Shown here: in pieces, positions 13,571-25,645 of the stretch
Layout of the letters: each line of letters starts with the position of its first letter
Position numbering within the stretch: position 1 is the first letter of the stretch
NCBI RefSeq assembly: GCF_036365525.1
Contig: NC_090371.1
Location: 33,835,387-33,899,386, forward strand
Length of the DNA stretch: 64,000 nucleotides
Direction: 5' to 3'
Source: Heterodontus francisci
Taxonomy: Eukaryota
Made by a program: the position numbers and the translations under genes
Notes under the pieces: model-generated
Seen by the model: only the letters and a program-made list of their open reading frames with translations
Databases searched by the model: none
Told to the model about the DNA's origin: nothing

Positions 13571-13922
13571 GGCGGCACAGTGGCGCAGTGGTTAGCACCG
13601 CAGCCTCACAGCTCCAGCGACCAGGGTTCAATTCTGGGTACTGCCTGTGTGGAATTTGCAAGTTCTCCCTGTGTCTGCGTGGGTTTCCTCCGGGTGCTCC
13701 GGTTTCCTCCCACCACCAAAAGACTTGCAGGTTGGTAGGTAAATTGGCCATTATAAATTGCCCCTAGTGTAGGTAGGTGGTAGGGAAATATAGGGACAGG
13801 TGGGGATGTGGTAGGAATATGGGATTAGTGTAGGATTAGTATATATGGGTGGTTGATGGTCGGTACAGACTCGGTGGGCCGAAGGGCCTGTTTCAGTGCT
13901 GTATCATTAAACTAAACTAAAC
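13571..13922 (+). mobile_element. tRNA-derived V-SINE (HE1-like)
   Basis: A-box tggcgcagtgg and B-box ggttcaattc; V-domain tgtgtggaatttgcaagttctccctgtgtctgcgtgggtttcctccgggtgctccggtttcctccca; CR1-like tail gggccgaagggcctgtttc; (aaact)n end. Confidence 0.85.
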
Positions 13923-14071
13923 ATGGAAGATTGAATTGAATATGGAAATATTGCAGGTTTATTTTTCCTTTCTAGTTTCAGGAGCTGAGATGACCTTCCA
14001 AATCTAGATTTATTGTGCTGTCACGCATACCGCAAGTGCAATGATTCAACGTTCACGGACTAACTCTGAAG

Positions 14072-14700
14072 TGTTATGAAAAATGGACTTTGTCTTCAAA
14101 AAATGAACCTTTATTTAAAAAAATGAACAAGGGTCCAAAATGGCCACCAAAGAAAAAGGGGAGTGACCTTTTGCATATTCAAACTGTCTGACAAAGACAA
14201 GGGACAAATATTCAAATCTAAAAGATGTCAATGGAACCCATCCTACACCAATCCTAAAACATTCCAGAGTTGAATGTCTCCTCCTGAAACAAAGGAGGCG
14301 TGAAGTAGCCACATCCTGGGCCACTGTACATTCACCATGGGGAAGAGATGAGACTGTCTCCTAACAGGAGGTGAGAGGTGACATAGTTTTACCTTACAAA
14401 AAGACAGCCAGAGAGAGAGAGAGAAAGAGACTCACCTGAGGAGATGCAACATCTAAGAGCTTGCAATCCAGCAAGCCAGAAAGCACATGTCCTGCTGAAA
14501 AAATCCGACATCTACGTTATACAGCAGTGAGAGATGGAAGTAACCCATTTGTCTTAAATCAAGAGAGAAATCTACTATCATCTCAGGCCTGCAACCATCT
14601 AGAACATGATTCTCAAGAGAATTCAACAGGTTTATCATAACCATCCCCCCCCACCCACTGAAAGCCACATTCCTTTTTCCCTGCTCTATTTATTTCTTCT

Positions 14701-14731
<31 letters not shown>

Positions 14732-14947
14732 ATGAGTGAATGAGGTTGCAACAATTTCAGGATAGGGCGTAAGGATCAATAGACAATTGACTTTCTGTTT
14801 TTAAAACCTACAAGTAAACCTGTTGCTGTCTGTTTACTTGAAGAATAAAACACCAAGGGTTTAAACTCTAATACAAATACACTTGCTGCAGTTAGGTGGG
14901 GAGTTGAACAATGGGAACCACCCACGTTACATCAAGTGGACATAACT
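14072..14947 (+). mobile_element. Probable solo LTR (Gypsy-type), with an internal (TG)n tract at 14701-14726
   Basis: Starts tgttatgaaaaatggactttgt, like the LTR at 49307 (tgttatgaaagctggactttgt); AATAAA near the end; ends ...cataac; no clear TSD. Confidence 0.5.
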
Positions 14948-15112
14948 ATGTGAACATATTCCATGTATTGAGATTTCTCCAACATTTCAAAAAAATTAAG
15001 CTGGAGTATTTCAGGAAACATAATCCAATCTTTTGGGTGAGACTGGTCTGTTCCAGTGGTTCAGGTAGATGTTAACAATTTCATGCATTATTCGAAGAAG
15101 CATTCTCCTACA

Positions 15113-15232
15113 ATCATAGAGTTATACAGCACAGAAACAGGCCCTTTGGCCCACCATGTCCTCGCCGGCCATCAAGCCTATCTATTCTAATCCTATTTGT
15201 CAGCACTTGGCCCGCAGCCTTGTATGCTTTGG
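15113..15232 (-). mobile_element. CR1 3' tail fragment
   Basis: tacagcacagaaacaggccctttggcccacca is the reverse complement of the CR1 tail at ~60470-60510. Confidence 0.65.
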
Positions 15233-16180
15233 CCAACATTTCTCTCTCAACCAGTTCCGCAATAAATAGTTGTCATCCATCTCATTGATGTATGCTGGAT
15301 CCCGCTGCCAGTTTTGATATATAACAAATCCTTGCACTTCAAAGTGATTCATTCTGCGGGAAGCATTTTGAGACATTATTGAGAAATGTGAAGAAGGACT
15401 ATATAAATAGAAGTATTTGTTTCTCAAATGTTGACACGTATTATATAACACAATGTGGAACATGTTGCAAACAGGTAAGACACTGACAATGTGACATAAA
15501 TATGAGAGCAGAGCTAGAGGGGTTTATCAACTTCATTTTAATCCTAAGAGTTGGTGCACTCTTGGAATGTACACAAATATATCTTCCAGTAATATATTAA
15601 AAAAAAATGGGGGCATTTTTCCCCAGATACTTTCAGCACTAAAGAGCCTCCGGTGGCCAAGAAGAGTCCTTAAGATGAAACGCCTGTTTAGCCCTTGGTT
15701 TGCGTAGGAACCATTTGGTAAAGGAGTTGAAGTGCGACACCCAGATGATTGTTAAGTAGATGACTGCCATTTAAATTGCCCTTCGCACTCATTAAGGAGG
15801 CTGCACAGAATTCTAGTGGGTAATATTTGACCCAACAACCTCTCCTAATGGCTGATTGGAAGTAAACTAATTGTTAAGAGGATTTGGGAGGATGTTTTTT
15901 GAAACACATTTGATGATTTTCTGAGACACTTTGTTGAGACTTAACCAATGCTCTTATCAACATTTATTGTGGAAATTATCTGAAGACTTCACCTAACTTG
16001 CCCTTATTGGACACATTATAGGAAAAGGAGTGCTTGCTTCTGAGCATATAGCCCCTAGCCCCCTTGGTGTGTGGAAGGAATGGGAGGCGGACATGAGGCC
16101 AGGCACCCGCTGCTGCAGGAGAAAGGGACAGGAAGGACGGGAGGAAAAGGTGAACTCCTTCTCCGCTGTGGGACAGGATA

Positions 16181-19100
16181 TGCTTCCTATCTGATCTGCT
16201 CCACCAGGATCCCCAGTGCTTCCTATCTGATCTCCTCCACCAGGATTCCCAGTGCTTCCTATCGGATCTCCTCCACCAGGATCCCCAGTGCATCCTATTG
16301 GATCTCCTCCACCAGGTTCCCCAGCGCTTCCTATCGGATCTCCTCCACCAGGTTCCCCAGCGCTTCCGATCTGATCTCCTCCACCAGGATCCCCAGCGCT
16401 TCTTATCTGATCTCCTCCACCAGGATCCCCAGCGCTTCTTATCTGATCTCCTCCACCAGGATCCCCAGTGCTTCTTATCTGATCTCCTCCACCAGGATCC
16501 CCAGCGCTTCTTATCGGATCTCCTCCACCAGGATCCCCAGCGCTTCTTATCTGATCTCCTCCACCAGGATCCCCAGCGCTTCTTATCGGATCTCCTCCAC
16601 CAGGATCCCCAGTGCTTCCGATCTGATCTCCTCCACCAGGATCCCCAGCGCTTCTTATCGGATCTCCTCCACCAGGATCCCCAGTGCTTCCGATCTGATC
16701 TCCTCCACCAGAATCACCAGTGCTTCCTATCTGATCTCCTCCACCAGAATCTCCAATGCTTCCTATCTGATCACCTCCACCAGAATCACCAGTGCTTCCT
16801 ATCTGATCTCCTCCACCAGAATCTCCAATGCTTCCTATCTGATCTCCTCCACCAGAATCGCCAGTGCTTCCTATCTGATCTCCTCCACCAGAATCACCAG
16901 TGCTTCCTATCTGATCTCCTCCACCAGAATCTCCAATGCTTCCTATCTGATCTCCTCCACCAGAATCTCCAGTGCTTCCTTTCTGATCTCCTCCACCAGG
17001 ATCCCCAGCACTTCCTATCTGATCTCCTCCACCAGAATCTCCAGTGCTTCCTATCTGATCTCCTCCACCAGAATCACCAGTGCTTCCTATTTGATCTCCT
17101 CCACCAGAATCACCAGTGCTTCCTATCTGATCTCCTTCACCAGGATCCCCAGTGCTTCCTATCTAATCTCCTCCACCAGAATCGCCAGTGCTTCCTATCT
17201 GATCTCCTCCACCAGAATCTCCAGTGCTTCCTATCTGATCTCCTCCACCAGAATCTCCAGTGCTTCCTATCTGATCTCCTCCACCAGAATCTCCAGTGCT
17301 TCCTATCTGATCTCCTCCACCAGAATCTCCAGTGCTTCCTATCTGATCTCCTTCACCAGGATCTCCAGCGCTTCCTATCGGATCTCCTCCACCGGGATCA
17401 CCAGTGCTTCCTATCTGATCTCCTCCACCAGGATCTCCAATGCTTCCTATCTGATCTCCTCCACGAGAATCTCCAGCGCTTCCTATCGGATCTCCTCCAC
17501 CGGGATCCCCAGTGCTTCCTATCTGATCTCCTCCACCAGAATCTCCAGCGCTTCCTATCTGATCTCCTCCACTGGGATCCCCAGTGCTTCCTATCTGATC
17601 TCCTCCACCAGGTTCCCCAGTGCTTCCTATCTGATCTCCTCCACCAGGTTCCCCAGTGCTTCCTATCTGATCTCCTCCACCAGGTTCCCCAGCGCTTCCT
17701 ATCTGATCTCCTCCACCAGGATCCCCAGCGCTTCCTATCGGATCTCCTCCACCGGGATCCCCAGTGCTTCCTATCTGATCTCCTCCACCAGGTTCCCCAG
17801 CGCTTCCTATCTGATCTCCTCCACCAGGATCCCCAGCGCTTCCTATCGGATCTCCTCCACCGGGATCCCCAGTGCTTCCTATCTGATCTCCTCCACCAGG
17901 ACACCAGCGCTTCCTATCTGATCTCCTCCACCGGGATCCCCAGCGCTTCCTATCTGATCTCCTCCACCAGGTTCCCCAGCGCTTCCTATCTGATCTCCTC
18001 CACCAGGATCCCCAGCGCTTCCTATCGGATCTCCTCCACCGGGATCCCCAGTGCTTCCGATCTGATCTCCTCCACCAGGATCCCCAGCGCTTCTTATCGG
18101 ATCTCCTCCACCAGGATCCCCAGTGCTTCCGATCTGATCTCCTCCACCAGAATCACCAGTGCTTCCTATCTGATCTCCTCCACCAGAATCTCCAATGCTT
18201 CCTATCTGATCACCTCCACCAGAATCACCAGTGCTTCCTATCTGATCTCCTCCACCAGAATCTCCAATGCTTCCTATCTGATCTCCTCCACCAGAATCGC
18301 CAGTGCTTCCTATCTGATCTCCTCCACCAGAATCACCAGTGCTTCCTATCTGATCTCCTCCACCAGAATCTCCAATGCTTCCTATCTGATCTCCTCCACC
18401 AGAATCTCCAGTGCTTCCTATCTGATCTCCTCCACCAGGATCCCCAGCACTTCCTATCTGATCTCCTCCACCAGAATCTCCAGTGCTTCCTATCTGATCT
18501 CCTCCACCAGAATCACCAGTGCTTCCTATTTGATCTCCTCCACCAGAATCACCAGTGCTTCCTATCTGATCTCCTTCACCAGGATCCCCAGTGCTTCCTA
18601 TCTAATCTCCTCCACCAGAATCGCCAGTGCTTCCTATCTGATCTCCTCCACCAGAATCTCCAGTGCTTCCTATCTGATCTCCTCCACCAGAATCTCCAGT
18701 GCTTCCTATCTGATCTCCTCCACCAGAATCTCCAGTGCTTCCTATCTGATCTCCTCCACCAGAATCTCCAGTGCTTCCTATCTGATCTCCTTCACCAGGA
18801 TCTCCAGCGCTTCCTATCGGATCTCCTCCACCGGGATCACCAGTGCTTCCTATCTGATCTCCTCCACCAGGATCTCCAATGCTTCCTATCTGATCTCCTC
18901 CACGAGAATCTCCAGCGCTTCCTATCGGATCTCCTCCACCGGGATCCCCAGTGCTTCCTATCTGATCTCCTCCACCAGAATCTCCAGCGCTTCCTATCTG
19001 ATCTCCTCCACTGGGATCCCCAGTGCTTCCTATCTGATCTCCTCCACCAGGTTCCCCAGTGCTTCCTATCTGATCTCCTCCACCAGGTTCCCCAGTGCTT

Positions 19101-21150
19101 CCTATCTGATCTCCTCCACCAGGTTCCCCAGCGCTTCCTATCTGATCTCCTCCACCAGGATCCCCAGCGCTTCCTATCGGATCTCCTCCACCGGGATCCC
19201 CAGTGCTTCCTATCTGATCTCCTCCACCAGGTTCCCCAGCGCTTCCTATCTGATCTCCTCCACCAGGATCCCCAGCGCTTCCTATCGGATCTCCTCCACC
19301 GGGATCCCCAGTGCTTCCTATCTGATCTCCTCCACCAGAATCACCAGCGCTTCCTATCTGATCTCCTCCACCAGGATCTCCAATGCTTCCTATCTGATCT
19401 CCACCACCAGGATCCCCAGCGCTTCTTATCTGATCTCCTCCACCAGGATCTCCAATGCTTCCTATCTGATCTCCTCCACCGGGATCCCCAGCGCTTCCTA
19501 TCTGATCTCCTCCACCAGGTTCCCCAGCGCTTCCTATCTGATCTCCTCCACCAGGATCCCCAGCGCTTCCTATCGGATCTCCTCCACCGGGATCCCCAGC
19601 GCTTCCTATCTGATCTCCTCCACCAGGTTCCCCAGCGCTTCCTATCTGATCTCCTCCACCAGGATCCCCAGCGCTTCCTATCTGATCTCCTCCACCAGGA
19701 TCCCCAGCGCTTCCTATCTGATCTCCTCCACCAGGATCCCCAGCGCTTCTTATCTGATCTCCTCCACCAGGATCTCCAATGCTTCCTATCTGATCTCCTC
19801 CACCAGGATCCCCAGCGCTTCCTATCTGATCTCCTCCACCAGGATCTCCAATGCTTCCTATCTGATCTCCTCCACCAGAATCTCCAGCGCTTCCTATCTG
19901 ATCTCCTCCACCAGGATCTCCAGTACTTCCTATCTGATCTCCTCCACCAGAATCTCCAGCGCTTCCTATCTGATCTCCTCCACCAGAATCTCCAGCGCTT
20001 CCTATCGGATCTCCTCCACCGGGATCCCCAGTGCTTCCTATCTGATCTCCTCCACCAGGTTCCCCAGCGCTTCCTATCTGATCTCCTCCACCAGGATCCC
20101 CAGCGCTTCCTATCGGATCTCCTCCACCGGGATCCCCAGTGCTTCCTATCTGATCTCCTCCACCAGAATCACCAGCGCTTCCTATCTGATCTCCTCCACC
20201 AGGATCTCCAATGCTTCCTATCTGATCTCCTCCACCAGGATCCCCAGCGCTTCTTATCTGATCTCCTCCACCAGGATCTCCAATGCTTCCTATCTGATCT
20301 CCTCCACCAGGATCCCCAGCGCTTCCTATCTGATCTCCTCCACCAGGTTCCCCAGCGCTTCCTATCTGATCTCCTCCACCAGGATCCCCAGCGCTTCCTA
20401 TCGGATCTCCTCCACCGGGATCCCCAGTGCTTCCTATCTGATCTCCTCCACCAGGTTCCCCAGCGCTTCCTATCTGATCTCCTCCACCAGGATCCCCAGC
20501 GCTTCCTATCTGATCTCCTCCACCAGGATCCCCAGCGCTTCCTATCTGATCTCCTCCACCAGGATCCCCAGCGCTTCTTATCTGATCTCCTCCACCAGGA
20601 TCTCCAATGCTTCCTATCTGATCTCCTCCACCAGGATCCCCAGCGCTTCCTATCTGATCTCCTCCACCAAGATCTCCAATGCTTCCTATCTGATCTCCTC
20701 CACCAGGATCTCCAGTACTTCCTATCTGATCTCCTCCACCAGAATCTCCAGCGCTTCCTATCTGATCTCCTCCACCAGAATCTCCAGCGCTTCCTATCGG
20801 ATCTCCTCCACCGGGATCCCCAGTGCTTCCTATCTGATCTCCTCCACCAGGTTCCCCAGCGCGTCCTATCTGATCTCCTCCACCAGGATCCTCAGCGCTT
20901 CCTATCTGATCTCCTCCACCAGGATCTCCAATGCTTCCTATCTGATCTCCTCCACCAGGATCTCCAGTACTTCCTATCTGATCTCCTCCACCAGGATCCC
21001 CAGCGCTTCCTATCTGATCTCCTCCACCAGAATCACCAGTGCTTCCAATCTGATCTCCTCCACCAGGATCTCCAGTACTTCCTATCGGTTCTCCTCCACC
21101 AGTATCTCCAGTACTTCCTATCTGATCTCCTCCACCAGGTTCTCCAGTGC
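16181..21150. repeat. 36-bp minisatellite, ~138 units (consensus gcttcctatctgatctcctccaccaggatccccagt)
   Basis: Direct periodicity; 12-aa periodic translations (ASYLISSTRIPS / QRFLSDLLHQDP); 1-bp deletion near 17901. Confidence 0.98.
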
Positions 21151-21214
21151 ATCTTCCAAGAATCTGTCCGCCGTCTCATTCGTTTCCTGAGCCATCCTGA
21201 AATGTGCCACTGTA

Positions 21215-21565
21215 TCAGCCTGTATTCTCTGGAGTTTAGAAGAATGAGAGATAATCTCATTGAAACATATAAGATTCTAAAGGATCTGGATAGGGTAGAC
21301 ACTGAGATTGTTTCCACTGGTAGGGGGATCTAAAACATGGGGTGGGGCACAGTCTCAGGATAAGGGGCCAATCATTTAGGATTGAAATGAGGAGAAATTA
21401 CTTCACTCAGAGGATTTTCTCTCCCACAGAGGTTTGTGGATGCTCCATTGTTGAATACATTTAAGGCTGGGTTTGACAGATTTTTTGGTATCTCAGGGAA
21501 TCAAGGGGTCTGGCGAGTGGACGGGAAAGTGGAGTTGAATCCTCACATCAGCCATGCTCCTATTT
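21215..21565 (+). mobile_element. CR1 3' fragment
   Basis: ctggagtttagaagaatgagagataatctcattgaaacatataagattct (LEFRRMRDNLIETYKIL) followed by a CR1-type tail. Confidence 0.75.
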
Positions 21566-21714
21566 CTTGTGTCCTTGTGTAAGGGGAATTACTGAACAAC
21601 TGCAACCTACTGCTCTACAACTATTAGCCCTCATCCCTCTACTGAGCCTCTTGGAGAGGCAGGTGAGAGAGAGATCAGGGATCTGTATCCTCAATGGCGT
21701 GGGAGAGAAATATA

Positions 21715-22365
21715 GGGCAGAATTTCCATTCCAAAGTCAGGAACCTGATACCCAAATGTTTCCAGGTCCTGACCTCACATTGCTTCAGCATTAGTGAAGT
21801 GACACAATTTTCCATATGTTAGCCACTAATTGGCCCGGAGTTGGGTTTGGCGGCCAATTAGAGACATCGGTATGGGGCAGAAGGCGGGAGCTAGGCAAGG
21901 AGGGAGAACTTAAAAGGAAAATGGCAGCCATGACTGGGCTTGCCTTTGCCTTTGTAAATGAATGTGCAAGGAGGCCAGAGGTCCAGCAGTTGTTTGGGTA
22001 GCTGTCCCTGTGTGGCCTTGCTTGAGGCCCTGATTGAGACTGTAATGAACAGGAAAACTGTACTCTTCCTTCCATCTGGAAGAAGAGCTCCAGTGAGGCA
22101 GACCGAGCAGGCATGGCTAGAGGTGGCCACGGATACCAGCAGCCTCACCTTCTCCTCAAGCGCCCAAACACTCTCTCCTCACAAAATCAAGCCTCTCAGC
22201 TCTAGTGATGGCAATTCTGTGTCACTGCATGAAAGTAGTTTAAATGTCCCATTTTTTATACTTTTCCACACTGCAGTCATGAGCACCAATGGCTCCCCGC
22301 TGTGTTCCCAACAATATGTTCAAACATGTCCCAGACGTGCCACGTTCTCCATGCTTGCCATTTGA
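21715..22365 (+). mobile_element. Harbinger-type element fragment with a Myb/SANT-like accessory-gene remnant
   Basis: gggcagaatttcc terminus; ALLEALIETVMNRKTVLFLPSGRRAPVRQTEQAWLEVA fits the N-terminus of a Myb/SANT-like DNA-binding domain. Confidence 0.6.
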
Positions 22366-22369
22366 AAAT

Positions 22370-23240
22370 GTTTTTAATTCTTTCATAGGATGTGGGTGTC
22401 ACTGGGAAGGCCATCATTTATTGCCCATCCCTAATTGCCCTTGAACTGAGTGACTTGCTAGGCCATTTCAGAGGGCAGTTTAGAGTCAACCACATTGCTG
22501 TGGATCTGGAGTCACATGTAGGCCAGACCAGGTATGGATGGCAGATTTCGTTCTCTAAAGGACATTAGTGAACCAGATGGGTTTTTATGGCATTGATGAT
22601 AGTTTCATGACACCATTACTGAAGCTAGCTTTCAATTCCATAATTTTATTAAATAATTGAATTTAAATTCCACCAGCTGCCATGGTTGGATTTGAGCCCA
22701 TGTCCCCAAGGCATTAGCCTGGTTTGGCATCCTTCCATCTACAAAAGATGATGGACACACAGCAAACAATCCATTTAGGTGGGGTGTCTTCTCTTGTTGC
22801 AGCTTTGTCGATGTCTGTGAAGCTGCCAAGAGACCCTGTAAATTGTTGTTTTTGATATTGGTGCCTGTTGCCAAGCTGCTGTGGCAACTGGTCATCATGG
22901 TGGTGCACACCAGTCCAAAGATGTGTCACCATTTCCCTCTTTCACCAGCTAGAGCCTCCCAGGTGCGATAGTCAACATTTAGGGCCTTCATGTCACACTT
23001 GCAAGTGTCCTTGAAGTGAAGCTTTGGGTGCCCCACTGGTCATCTGGCCCCGGCTACCTCACCACACAGAACGTCCTTGGGTATGCAACAGTCTTCCATC
23101 CTGCAGACACGTCAAATCCACCGAATTTGCCTCTGTTTGATTAGTGCCAACATACTTGGGAGGTCTGCCTTTGAGGACATTAGCCTGGGCCTCTGGATTA
23201 CTCACCCCCATGACATTGCCACTGCACCACCATCTCCCCT
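22370..23240 (-). mobile_element. tRNA-derived SINE with a LINE-derived tail, interrupted by an RTE fragment
   Basis: Homologous to the SINE copies at 39022-39443 and 43770-44095; split at 22722/23178. Confidence 0.75.
22723..23177 (-). mobile_element. 5'-truncated RTE fragment (second, diverged RTE family) with an 11-bp TSD
   Basis: Minus-strand VCRMEDCCIPKDVLCGE...PKLHFKDTCKCDMKAL resembles the RTE C-terminus; cattagcctgg at 22712-22722 and 23178-23188. Confidence 0.8.
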
Positions 23241-24104
23241 TAATGCCTAAATGTTGCTCCCCATGCTCTTACAAGCTCTAAAACAAGCTTAACAAGCAAT
23301 TAATTGGAGGCATGAGGATTGCCAGCTCCCGCCTCCTGCCCTCCCTTTGAAAATCTCATCACATCACTGAGGCATCAGGAACCTTCCAAGTGCGCCATTT
23401 TCTGGGCCCACCTGCACCCGAAAGTTCAGCCTCAGGATCTGCATCCTCAATGGTGGGAGAGAGCTCTCCACTATATCTGCCTACTTGCATTCCTATCCAG
23501 TTACAAACTATCCATAGCCCTGGCACTTTCATTTTGCTCCTGGCATTATGGAGAGGGCATTAGCAATGGCTTTTCATTCATGGGGAGTATTGCATGTGCC
23601 TTTCCAGGATGCTAGATCTGAGCTTTGCTCAATGGATACTTTAACCCAAGTCAAGAGAGAGTGACAGAAGGGAGAGTAGAAAGAGAAAACACACACAAAA
23701 CTTTAACAAAAAGTGAGGTGCCATCTGAGCTTAGAGCTGAGACACATTGGGCTGACTTTTCCGGCGGGCATCGGAACCCCGATCTTGGGTCCAGATTGGG
23801 ATCCTGAGCCTGCACATGCAGTCAGGGCACTTGCGGCTCAACCTTTCAGGAGGCGGCCTCCTAATTGGCCACCTTCACTTTTGCTGTCTGAATAAGGATA
23901 GCGGGGGTGTTCCCGAGGCGAGAGGCCCAATAAGAGGGCCTGCAGCACAGGAGAGCCAGCAGACCCATTGGAGAGGTGGGCGCTGCTAAGGCAGAATGGT
24001 AATCAACATGGAGGTGCTCTCGGCCGTTTTCTGCAAATTTGAGAATGAAGAGGCCCACGGCTGGTATGGTCAGCGGTGTGTAGGGGGAATGCCTCCACAA
24101 GATT

Positions 24105-25645
24105 AATTTTGGCCTTGCCTGTCTTTTTGTGGGATACGTCAAACATTCCTTGTTCTAGTCCTACTCAGGCCCCCTCCCCCAACTCTTTTTCCAGTACATT
24201 GATGACTATATCAGCTGGAACTGGAAACTTCATCAACTTTCCTTCCAATTTCCACCCTTCTCTCACCTTTACATGGTCTATCTCCGACACTTTCCTTCCC
24301 TTCCTCGACCTCCCTGTCTCTATCTCTGTGGATAGACTGCCGACTAATGTTCATTATAAGCCCTCCGACTCCCACATTTTCCTCGATTACACTTCTTCAC
24401 ACCCTTCCTCCTGTAAGGACTCCATTCCATTCTCCCAGTGTCTCCATCTCATCTGCTCCGATGATGCAACCTTCCACAACAGCATTAGTGATATGTCCTC
24501 CTTTTTCCTCAACTGAGGATTCCCCCCCACTGTGGTTGACACGGCCTTCAACTGTGTCCACCCCATTTCCGCACATCTGCTCTCACCCCTTCCCCTCCCT
24601 CCCAGAACTGCAATAGGGTTCCCCTTGTCTTTACTCTCCACCCCACCAGCCTTCACATCCAAAGTATCATCCTCCACCATATCTGTCACCTCCAGCGTGA
24701 TGCCATCTTCCCCTCCCCTCCCTTGTCAGCATTCCGAAGGGACCGTTCCCTCTGCATCACCCTAATCCACTCCTCTATCACTCCTGACACCTCAGTCCCT
24801 TCCCAAGGCTCCTTCTCAAACAATTGCACGGGTGTAACACCTCCCCTTTACCTCCTCTATGCTCACCATCTAAAACCCCAAACAACCCTACCAGGTGAAG
24901 CAGCGATTTACTTGTACTTCTTTCAATTCAGTATACTGCATTTGTTGCTCACAAAGCAGTATCCTCTTCATTGGAGAGACCAAACACAGTTTGGGTGACC
25001 GTTTTGCCGAACACCTCTGCCAGTCCACAAGCATGGCCCTGAGCTTCTATTTGCTTGCCATTTTAATTCACCACTTTGCTCTCATGCCCATATTTCTGTC
25101 CTCGGGACCGCTGCAGTGTTCCAGAGAAGCTCAATGCAAGCTCAAGGAACAGCATCTCATTTTCCGATTTGGCAGCCTTCTGGACTGAACGTTGAGTTCA
25201 ACAATTTCAGACTATGATGCCCATTTTGATTGTATTTTTTTTTAACCATGTGCCAGTCTTAAACTTGTTTTTCATGTTTTTGCTTCTGAACAGAGCTGTT
25301 CATTATTCTGCCATTAACACTCTCTCTGGACTAGTGCATTGTCTTTTACAACAACTATTACCACTCCCTTTGCCTTTTGTTCCATGATATCTTTGTCATT
25401 TAATCTCTCCCTCCCTCTACCCTATCATACACCTTCCCTTTTATTCTTCTTCTTCCCTCCCCCCTTTCACTTGCTCAAAACCTATTATATTTCTAACCTT
25501 TGCCAGTTCTGATGAAAGGTCATCGACCTGAAACGTTAACTCTGTTTCTCTCGCCACAGATGCTTTCAGACCTGCTGAGTATTTCCAGCACTTTCTGGTT
25601 TTAATTCTGATTTCCAGCATCCACAATATTTTGTTTTTATTATAT
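24105..25645 (+). mobile_element. Penelope-like element, decayed (RT end + GIY-YIG + tail)
   Basis: LPFLDLPVSISVDRLPTNVHYKPSDSH; FTCTSFNSVYCICCSQSSILFIGETKHSLGDRFAEH (GIY-YIG). Confidence 0.88.
25505..25541 (+). ncRNA. Minimal type-I hammerhead ribozyme motif in a PLE tail
   Basis: agtt-CTGATGA-a-aggtc-atc-gacct-GAAA-cgtt-aact: stem I, conserved core, stem II and a palindromic stem III. Confidence 0.75.

Noticed and set aside
13571-13645. tRNA gene
   Set aside because: The A/B boxes continue directly into the V-domain and a CR1-like tail, so this is a SINE head.
16071-21190. 616-aa and 1630-aa ORFs as real repetitive proteins (mucin- or antifreeze-like)
   Set aside because: They result from a stop-free 36-bp unit. 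Two frames are open at once and swap at a 1-bp deletion, the starts are non-ATG, and there are no flanking domains or exon context.
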